From Candidatus Poribacteria bacterium (GTDB lineage Bacteria; Poribacteria; WGA-4E; WGA-3G), in the NCBI GenBank assembly GCA_965205015.1, contig OZ242029.1, positions 1,888,001 to 1,952,000 on the forward strand: a DNA stretch of 64,000 bases, given 5' to 3'. The stretch's first letter is position 1. The number at the start of each line of letters is the position of its first letter. The notes under the pieces were generated by a model. That model worked only from the letters and a program-made list of their open reading frames with translations. It had not been told where the DNA came from and searched no databases. Position numbers and translations under genes: made by a program. Below, piece after piece: positions 57,046-64,000 of this stretch.

Positions 57046-58794
57046 ATGTTAAAAGAGAATTCCAATTTCGTCAAAGTTGCTGCGCTCAGTGATGTAGCAG
57101 AGGGAAAACCGAGGGCAGTCAGAGTTGAGGGACATAGCATCGCCCTCTTTCAGCATGAAGGGGCTGTCTACGCAACGGATAACCAATGTCCGCACATGGG
57201 GTATCCACTCGTGAGGGGACGCGTCAGAAAAGGGGTCTTATCCTGCGATTGGCACGGCTGGAGCTACGACATGGAAGGCGGCGGATGCTTCACAGGCGGT
57301 TGTGATGACCTCGCCACATTCCCCGTCGAAGTTCGGAACGGCGATATCTATATAGATGTCGCTAGTGGTGGAAAGAAACGCGACGATGCCCATTTTCTCC
57401 TATTGAAAGAAGGGTTACTTTCCACCGATAACTGGACGCTTTCTAAAGCTATCGCCATTATGTTAGCGAAAGGTGTCTCCGAAGAAGAGACGTTGGAACT
57501 GATGGTGAAGCACATGGGAGGACATATCTCTACAGATAGGGGGGCATTCGAGGGCGGCAGAAAATTGGCAATGATGATGAACGGCGTAAAGGTCGCGCGT
57601 ATGTACCAACCTGAAGACCGACTCATCCCATTGATGATGGCTGCAGATGGGGCATCCGGTAGACTCGGTGATCGACCTGATCGGCAACCACTCCCACCTC
57701 CGGTTGACTGGGAGAAACTGGAAGACTGGATTCGAGTGTTCACCACCGATAAAGAATGGGAGGGTATCGAAAAATGCCTCATCACCGCACGGCGATTAGG
57801 TGGGCATGATAAAAAAATCATTCCGCTCTTCTTTGAATGCGCCGTTGAACCCTTCTTTCTCAATCACTCCCTAAATCTCATTCATCTTGCACACTTGGCT
57901 GAATTATTAGAACAATTTGGTTGGGAGTTGGCTGGGGAGTTAGTCTGCAACCTTGGCGCGAAGATACTTGGGCAAGGACGGGGTAGACCCGGTGAACTTC
58001 ACCGTGAAGCCATCCAAAAACTCGAAGAAATCAATCCAATTTTTGATGAACTTCCACAGGCGTCATCAACTCAGCGTTCCGTTGGCTACAACGAAGATGA
58101 ATTTTCAGCGGCGCTTGTGAGTGGGGATCTTGACGAGGTTTTTGATGCTGTAACGGAAATGCTCACTGCGGGTGTTCCTATTGAAACGTTGGCGACAACG
58201 ATGGTCATGACAGCCGGTGATAGAATGGCGCGCACGCCCGTGAACATGAGTCCCGGTTGGTGGGATCTACAAGAAGAAATGGAAATCGCGTCGACGGTGA
58301 GAAAGGTGCTTCGACACGGCGGAACCAAGGTTGCTGCCAAAGCACTCTATCACGCCGCGTGGCGATTTTTTAACAACCGATGGCTTAACATCCGCCACCA
58401 GCCAATTACGGAATCAAGAACATCTTCAACATCTGTAGTTCTCAATGAAGACACGGCACTCTCCGAAATTATGGAGGGTATTGAATCCGTCCGTATCCAA
58501 GAAATTGGGCGACGTACCCGCGAATATCTCAACGCAGGGTGTTCCGCGGAGCGATTAATGTCTGAAATGGGGTTATGTATCCTCAAGGATGATAACGGCG
58601 ATGATCTCCTCAGTTCGATTCGCATAGTATCCGAGGAATGGAGAACATGTGAAGCGCATCCTTCAAGGAATCAATTGATCGTTGGATTGGCACGATGGGC
58701 AACCGATATTCGCAGAAATGCTGGAAACGATTCCGCCGTGCAAACCGCCCACCGTTTCGCTCGTGGTGAAACCGCAACGGAACTCTATGAATAG
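57046..58794 (+). CDS. Rieske [2Fe-2S] domain fused to a large helical domain (paralog B)
   Basis: NQCPHMGYPL...LSCDWH; collinear similarity to paralog A (LFECAVEP, DRMAxTPVN, VGLAR). Confidence 0.82.
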   Translation: MLKENSNFVKVAALSDVAEGKPRAVRVEGHSIALFQHEGAVYATDNQCPHMGYPLVRGRVRKGVLSCDWHGWSYDMEGGGCFTGGCDDLATFPVEVRNGDIYIDVASGGKKRDDAHFLLLKEGLLSTDNWTLSKAIAIMLAKGVSEEETLELMVKHMGGHISTDRGAFEGGRKLAMMMNGVKVARMYQPEDRLIPLMMAADGASGRLGDRPDRQPLPPPVDWEKLEDWIRVFTTDKEWEGIEKCLITARRLGGHDKKIIPLFFECAVEPFFLNHSLNLIHLAHLAELLEQFGWELAGELVCNLGAKILGQGRGRPGELHREAIQKLEEINPIFDELPQASSTQRSVGYNEDEFSAALVSGDLDEVFDAVTEMLTAGVPIETLATTMVMTAGDRMARTPVNMSPGWWDLQEEMEIASTVRKVLRHGGTKVAAKALYHAAWRFFNNRWLNIRHQPITESRTSSTSVVLNEDTALSEIMEGIESVRIQEIGRRTREYLNAGCSAERLMSEMGLCILKDDNGDDLLSSIRIVSEEWRTCEAHPSRNQLIVGLARWATDIRRNAGNDSAVQTAHRFARGETATELYE

Positions 58795-58854
58795 TACCAA
58801 TTTAGTGGTATAATAAGGTGAGGTTTCTGTGCCTCACCCTATTTATCTTTGCTC

Positions 58855-59886
58855 ATGAAAAATTTGCTTTTTACGCTTCTGTTTAACTTGTTATGCGTGT
58901 CAGTTCACGGTGCAACGTTGGAGTTTGCTTTCCAACTTGGTGAGAAGCAACAGCCACGACTCGACAGACTGCTCCCCGATGTCGCGCGACAAATGACTTT
59001 CAGCAATGATAGCACAAAGTTAATTACAAGAGGAATGGGCGGCACCGTGGTGGAGTGGGATATTCAGAGCCGACAAAAGAGAGAAATAAGCCACATCCAC
59101 GCGAAACGGTGGTTTGCCTATTCCATTGGAACGGATCAAATGTTGGTCCGAGACGCGGATGACAATATCACTATCCTTTCGCTGGGAAGTGGCGATGAAA
59201 CACTACTGACGCATGGACAGTATGAAAGTGGTAGCCTGTCTGCGGAGGGCACACTTGCAGTGTTGTCAAGAGGTGACAACGAAGTTGAAGTTTGGCAACT
59301 CGCAAAGCAGAGTCCAAAAACCGTGAAAAGTGAAGGATCTGCTCATAAGTTGAAAGTGCTTCAGACAAGTTTTCCCGTCAGGAACGGTCTTACACTCTCT
59401 GATAACGGTCAATTCATCGCCGCAGCGGAAGGAACTTATCGAGACAGCGACGGACATCGAACGGCTATTGAGATTTGGAACGCAACCGATGAGCATCCGA
59501 TGAAAGTTTTCAACACGGGCGAGATTTTAGGGGTCTGGAACGTTCGGTTTTCACCGGATACAACCATGTTAGCCGTTGACACGCAAAAGAATGCACAATC
59601 TGGAATCCGAGTTTGGGAAGTTGAAACCGGCAGGCAACTCCTGACAAAATCCGAATTTGAAGCCTATTGGACACGGGCACTTGCCTTCTCGCCAACTTCA
59701 GACTATCTCGCTTCGGGTGATGAATCGGGCGACCTGCAGGTGTGGGACATTTCCGAAGGCGAATCGGTGATTTGGGAAACCTATCCGACCGGTATCCAAG
59801 CGTTAGCCTTCTCGCCAAATGGTGAATATTTGGCAGTCGCACTTTGGGATGCTACCATCCAGATTCTACACTGGAGGAATGAATAA
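58855..59886 (+). CDS. Secreted WD40-repeat protein
   Basis: ALAFSP...LASG...LQVWD and LAFSPNG repeats; signal peptide. Confidence 0.8.
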   Translation: MKNLLFTLLFNLLCVSVHGATLEFAFQLGEKQQPRLDRLLPDVARQMTFSNDSTKLITRGMGGTVVEWDIQSRQKREISHIHAKRWFAYSIGTDQMLVRDADDNITILSLGSGDETLLTHGQYESGSLSAEGTLAVLSRGDNEVEVWQLAKQSPKTVKSEGSAHKLKVLQTSFPVRNGLTLSDNGQFIAAAEGTYRDSDGHRTAIEIWNATDEHPMKVFNTGEILGVWNVRFSPDTTMLAVDTQKNAQSGIRVWEVETGRQLLTKSEFEAYWTRALAFSPTSDYLASGDESGDLQVWDISEGESVIWETYPTGIQALAFSPNGEYLAVALWDATIQILHWRNE

Positions 59887-60404
59887 TGAACGATGAGAAA
59901 AATTTGGAAGAGGGATCTTACATAGATGCAAAAGGACGCACACGCTGGCATGAGAACGATGAAATTGCGCTGAAATTCTTGGAACTTCACACTTTCCTGA
60001 TTATTGCCGACTATCCGGAAGATCACGCCTCGCGATATCCATGGTTGTCGAATTATATCTCTCGATTCCCAGAACCGATGTCCGAACTCATCGCCCAAGG
60101 ACGGTTAATAGAGGAAATTCCAGGAGCTGGCGAAGTAGTGGAACAAATTGTTAAGGAATTTCTGGACACGGGGACGAGTGCGAAACTGGAGGAGTTCGCG
60201 GGCGATACGCCACGAACTGTTGTAGAACTTGTGCCTATCCCTGGACTGGGTGCCAAAACAATTAAGCGACTCTATGAAGAGGTCGGTGTAGATAGTCTCG
60301 TTTCACTCCGATCAGCGATTGACGAAGAAAGACTCAAAGGTTTCCGTGGCATCGGCAAAAAGACGTTGCAGAAACTTGAGGCATACCTTGATGAAGTATT
60401 ATAG
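59886..60404 (+). CDS. Helix-hairpin-helix protein resembling the PolX N-terminal region
   Basis: EEIPGAGE, PIPGLGAKT and GFRGIGKKT HhH motifs; no polymerase or PHP domain. Confidence 0.72.
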   Translation: MNDEKNLEEGSYIDAKGRTRWHENDEIALKFLELHTFLIIADYPEDHASRYPWLSNYISRFPEPMSELIAQGRLIEEIPGAGEVVEQIVKEFLDTGTSAKLEEFAGDTPRTVVELVPIPGLGAKTIKRLYEEVGVDSLVSLRSAIDEERLKGFRGIGKKTLQKLEAYLDEVL

Positions 60405-60584
60405 GTTTATCAGCGACATCTGACAACAAATAAACCAATAGGAGAAACTTGGGGCGAGACATCAGGGGTTTGGTGGAAAGAAGTAAACCAAAGTGCGTAG
60501 CTCGTAATGAAATGGAGAACGGACTTGAGAACGGGACATCAAAGTTCAAATCCATGCTGTCTAACCGCAAGGAAAATTAGAAAA

Positions 60585-61052
60585 ATGGCAAATTCATTGA
60601 CAGATGGTGAAATGGTTGATGGTGAGAAACATGGATATTGGGTTACCTATTACGCCAATGGATTCAAGCGAAGTGAAGGGAACTACATTCATGGTAAGAA
60701 GGACGGACCTTGGATCACTTACCACAAAAATGGAAACAAGGCGGGCGATGCCACCTTCCGCGATGGAAAATACGAAGGTCTTTGTGTCACCTACCATGAA
60801 AATGGAAACCTTAGAGCGAAAGGCACCTTTCCGAAACATGTAGGTAAATCCTACGATGGTAAGAAGGAGGGTCCCTTTTACAGTTACGAAGACGATGGCG
60901 AGACGGTGTGGCTAATTGTAACCTACAAGAAAGGGGGGAGCCGCGCCAAACCGGATGAATATCCGCTGGGTGTCTGCGGCGTTTGTGGCGAAGGTAGGCG
61001 TTTAGCCTGGGGAGATACTTGTCCGAAGTGCGGTAACGAACTGGATACATAA
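60585..61052 (+). CDS. MORN-variant (YwqK-like) repeat protein with C-terminal zinc ribbon (copy 1)
   Basis: GEKHGYWVTYYANG repeats; CGVC...CPKC; 155 aa. Confidence 0.78.
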   Translation: MANSLTDGEMVDGEKHGYWVTYYANGFKRSEGNYIHGKKDGPWITYHKNGNKAGDATFRDGKYEGLCVTYHENGNLRAKGTFPKHVGKSYDGKKEGPFYSYEDDGETVWLIVTYKKGGSRAKPDEYPLGVCGVCGEGRRLAWGDTCPKCGNELDT

Positions 61053-61074
61053 TTTGAAAAAGGAGGCTAAAACC

Positions 61075-61863
61075 ATGAGAGTTATGAATGCTTTGATTGC
61101 TATGATGGTTCTTTTTATTGCAGGAATGTGGGTTCAGGAAAGCACAGCGAAAATCGACCCAGAAACCCTTATGGGGATGTGGCTCTTTGACCACGGAAAA
61201 GGAGATGTGGTCAAAGATTCTTCACCGAACGGGAACGATGGAGAAATCGTTGATGCTAAACGGGTCGACGGGAAGGAAGGCAAGGGAATTGAATTTGACG
61301 GAGCCAGTCATGTGGTTATCCCAGCGAGTAAGACCACCGATGACTTCCTCGATGGATTTACGTATCTGCTCTGGGCAAAACCACTTCGGAATCCTTCCGG
61401 CCCGCACGTTCGACTCATAGAAAGGGATTGGCATAATCCAAACATCCTCATCGGTCCAACCGATTTTTATGGCAGTTTCCTCAAAGGCGGGATAGACAGT
61501 AGTCAAATCCGGGGTGGTACTTGGGAGATGGATGAGTGGAGTTTTGTCGCCTTAACACACGACGGTAAGACGCTTATCCTCTATGTCGATGGCGAAGCGG
61601 TCGCAGATTTAGGTGTCGGAAAACCGGATTTCAGTCAGCAACACGATGGCGGTTCAATCTGGTTAACCCGTTGGAAAGGTGGAGCGGGGTGGGACTTTGC
61701 AGGGGTCCTTGACGAAGTTGCTATTTTCAATACTGCGCTCGGTGAAGATGACCTGAATGCCATTATGGAAAAAGGGCTTGAAAAAGCACTGTCCGTTACC
61801 CCAATTGATAGATTGACAACGACTTGGGGAAACATCAGGAGAACAGCAGTCAGCGGTCAGTAA
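61075..61863 (+). CDS. Secreted LamG-like jellyroll protein with C-terminal TTTWGNIR motif
   Basis: GMWLFD, VKDSSPNGNDG, WSFVALTHDG, LYVDG, GVLDEVAIFN. Confidence 0.85.
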   Translation: MRVMNALIAMMVLFIAGMWVQESTAKIDPETLMGMWLFDHGKGDVVKDSSPNGNDGEIVDAKRVDGKEGKGIEFDGASHVVIPASKTTDDFLDGFTYLLWAKPLRNPSGPHVRLIERDWHNPNILIGPTDFYGSFLKGGIDSSQIRGGTWEMDEWSFVALTHDGKTLILYVDGEAVADLGVGKPDFSQQHDGGSIWLTRWKGGAGWDFAGVLDEVAIFNTALGEDDLNAIMEKGLEKALSVTPIDRLTTTWGNIRRTAVSGQ

Positions 61864-61981
61864 TCAAAAGAATAGCAGTCGGTTGTCAGTAAGACTTTGT
61901 AGCAGAAACGGTTCGCGTTTAAGCTGTACACCCTCTTTACTGACGGCTGATTGCTCTTAAAACCGCAAGGAAGAATTAAAA

Positions 61982-62449
61982 ATGGCAAAATCACTTACAG
62001 ATGGTGAAATGGTCAATGGCAAGAAGCACGGCTATTGGGTCACCTATTACGCCAACGGATTTAAGCGGAGCGAAGGTCGCTATATTGCTGGCAAAAAAGA
62101 GGGACTTTGGATTCAGTACCACAAGAACGGCAACAAGGCGAGTGAAGCCTCCTTCCGCGATGGCAAAAACGAAGGCGAGTATATGTGCTATTATGGGAAC
62201 GGGAACCGTAAATGGGGCGGTCCCTATCGGAAACATGATGGCAGCTCCGCCGATGGCAGAAAAGAAGGCGTCTGGTTCTGCTATGAAGAGGACGGTGAGA
62301 CGATATGGCGTATCATCACCTATAAGAAAGGCGGTAGTCGAGCGAAACCCGATGAATATCCGCTCGGTACCTGTGATGTTTGTGGCGAAGGTAGACGCTC
62401 AACGTGGGGCGATACCTGTCCACAATGCGGCACAGAAATTTCTGATTAA
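61982..62449 (+). CDS. MORN-variant repeat protein with C-terminal zinc ribbon (copy 2)
   Basis: Same length as and highly similar to 60585-61052; CDVC...CPQC. Confidence 0.78.
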   Translation: MAKSLTDGEMVNGKKHGYWVTYYANGFKRSEGRYIAGKKEGLWIQYHKNGNKASEASFRDGKNEGEYMCYYGNGNRKWGGPYRKHDGSSADGRKEGVWFCYEEDGETIWRIITYKKGGSRAKPDEYPLGTCDVCGEGRRSTWGDTCPQCGTEISD

Positions 62450-62535
62450 TCCTCAAAATTCTTTCAACTGTAATTGAACTTTATTACAAAAAGTTGAGCC
62501 AATGTGTCTAATTCAACTCAACAGGAGTACCAATT

Positions 62536-62964
62536 ATGAACAAGGTTCCGACAGTCGCTTTTCAAATACTCGCTCCCAGCGAAGGCGTTGCGGATGGCTC
62601 CCTCAATGGCATGTGGTTTAAAGTAAAATCAGATCCCCATCCAACCGACGATCTTATCGTCGGTTTGAAAGTATGCACATCCCACGGAAACGTTAGACAG
62701 TCTGGTGTAATCATGATTTCAAAAGGTGAAAGCCATTCCTCAGAATTTTTTTTCAAAATAGTGGTAGATGAACAAGATGTGTCGCTGGAGATCGAACCCT
62801 TTGATTCTCTCACCAAATTAGAGCTTCCGATCCTTACGAATGAAGGCTACGTTATAGAGACAGGCTATGAGTTTCCAGCGTATAAGTTAGGAAACTTGTC
62901 AAAAATAGTCCCTTATCAGAAGAACAAGCCCCATCAATGCTTATGGACGGATGAGAGTCGCTGA
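62536..62964 (+). CDS. Hypothetical protein
   Basis: 142 aa; AGGAG RBS. Confidence 0.5.
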   Translation: MNKVPTVAFQILAPSEGVADGSLNGMWFKVKSDPHPTDDLIVGLKVCTSHGNVRQSGVIMISKGESHSSEFFFKIVVDEQDVSLEIEPFDSLTKLELPILTNEGYVIETGYEFPAYKLGNLSKIVPYQKNKPHQCLWTDESR

Positions 62965-63140
62965 AATTCGGTAAGAACATAGAGGCGCAACGAAATTCCC
63001 GATTTGCAATTTTGTTCATAGATAGACTCCCAGAAATTCTGATTTTTTTCCTCAACACAGGGTTTAATCGCATAAATTATCCTGAAAAAAGAGAGAAAAA
63101 ATCATTGAACAACTATTTAAGAGAATCGAGGAGAAAACCA

Positions 63141-64000
63141 CTGAAAATTATATTGGACTTTTGGGGTGTTTGGGTGTTGTTTTCGCTGTTTTGTGTGTTA
63201 CAATTCCCACGCATAGTGCAGGCTGAAACACAGACAGAATCCGCTCACAGAACTGCGACTGCTGTCCGAATCGAAGGGGCATCTCCACAGTTAGACGGCG
63301 TTTTAAATGATGACATCTGGAAAACCGCACCCCTCCACGAAGGTTTCCGTCAACGCGATCCCGATGAAGGAGAGCCGGCTTCTCAACGTACCACATTCCA
63401 AGTCGCCTATGATGATGAAGCCGTCTATTTCGCCGTCATGTGCTATGACAGTGAGCCAGATAAAATAGTTTCCCGGCTCGTCAGACGCGACGATTACGCT
63501 GAATCCGATAAAGTCCAGATTCTCCTTGACCCGCATTACAACCGACAGCGGGCCTTCTCGTTTACTATCTATCCGTCTGGTTCTGTCATAGACGCCATTA
63601 CTGAAGGAACCGGCTGGAGAGGCTGGAACAATGCATGGGACGGCGTGTGGGAAGCAAAAACCCGCATCCATAAAAACGGATGGGCAGTAGAGTGTAAGAT
63701 CCCGTTTTACATGTTCCGCTTTTCACCGAAAGACAAATACACATGGGGACTACAGGTGGAACGGGAAATCAGTCGTAGAAAGGAGCATGCCCATTGGCGT
63801 TTGATTAAAAAGGCTGAACCGGGCTGGATATCGCATTTTGGAGATCTCATAGGAATTGAGAACATCCATCCCTCTCGACATTTGGAATTGATACCCTACG
63901 CGATGGGAAGAACGACCCTGAACAGCGAGACTGATTTATGGGGTAATGTTGGCGGCGATGTCCAATATGGAATTACCACTGGAACAACCCTCAACGCTAC
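63141..64000 (+). CDS. CBM9-like / DUF5916 protein, 5' part (runs off the window)
   Basis: Frame open to the window end: PQLDGVLNDDIW, FRQRDPDEGEPA, VAYDDEAVYF, WAVECKIPF; probable CTG start after GAGGAG (alternative TTG 63105). Confidence 0.72.
   Translation, partial: MKIILDFWGVWVLFSLFCVLQFPRIVQAETQTESAHRTATAVRIEGASPQLDGVLNDDIWKTAPLHEGFRQRDPDEGEPASQRTTFQVAYDDEAVYFAVMCYDSEPDKIVSRLVRRDDYAESDKVQILLDPHYNRQRAFSFTIYPSGSVIDAITEGTGWRGWNNAWDGVWEAKTRIHKNGWAVECKIPFYMFRFSPKDKYTWGLQVEREISRRKEHAHWRLIKKAEPGWISHFGDLIGIENIHPSRHLELIPYAMGRTTLNSETDLWGNVGGDVQYGITTGTTLNA

Overview
Bacterial chromosomal window, probably Candidatus Poribacteria. That assignment is my inference from the PD40/TolB, LamG, C-type lectin, ankyrin and FG-GAP gene content and a recurring C-terminal TxWGxL(K/R) motif. 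Housekeeping genes (pyrD-pyrB, aroC, infC-rpmI-rplT-pheS) are mixed with sugar and sugar-acid catabolism genes (dgoD, two TIM-barrel epimerases, a GH172/DUF2961 hydrolase, an enolase-family protein, Ldh_2, a MalK-type ATPase) and tandem arrays of secreted proteins. Main points: (1) five secreted proteins of two unrelated folds share a C-terminal motif that may be a sorting signal, and a sigma-factor-fused copy of one domain lacks it; (2) a putative polyphosphate locus with an internally deleted mgtE, a CHAD domain split into two genes, a ROK kinase and a VTC/CYTH-like protein; (3) a 1495-bp tnpB-only IS200/IS605 element whose empty site can be rebuilt in frame (target TTCAC), with a frameshifted tnpB and a pseudoknot-like 5' leader; (4) an ABC-ATPase plus DUF4435/TOPRIM (PARIS-like) defence pair; (5) PyrB fused to only the PyrI zinc domain; (6) an unassigned ~245-nt structured RNA candidate next to a MITE; (7) GTAG-type REP palindromes and an (AA)CCGCAAGG motif at fixed spacing before five start codons. 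No rRNA, tRNA or CRISPR array was recognised. All product calls come from motif recognition by eye; no database searches were run.
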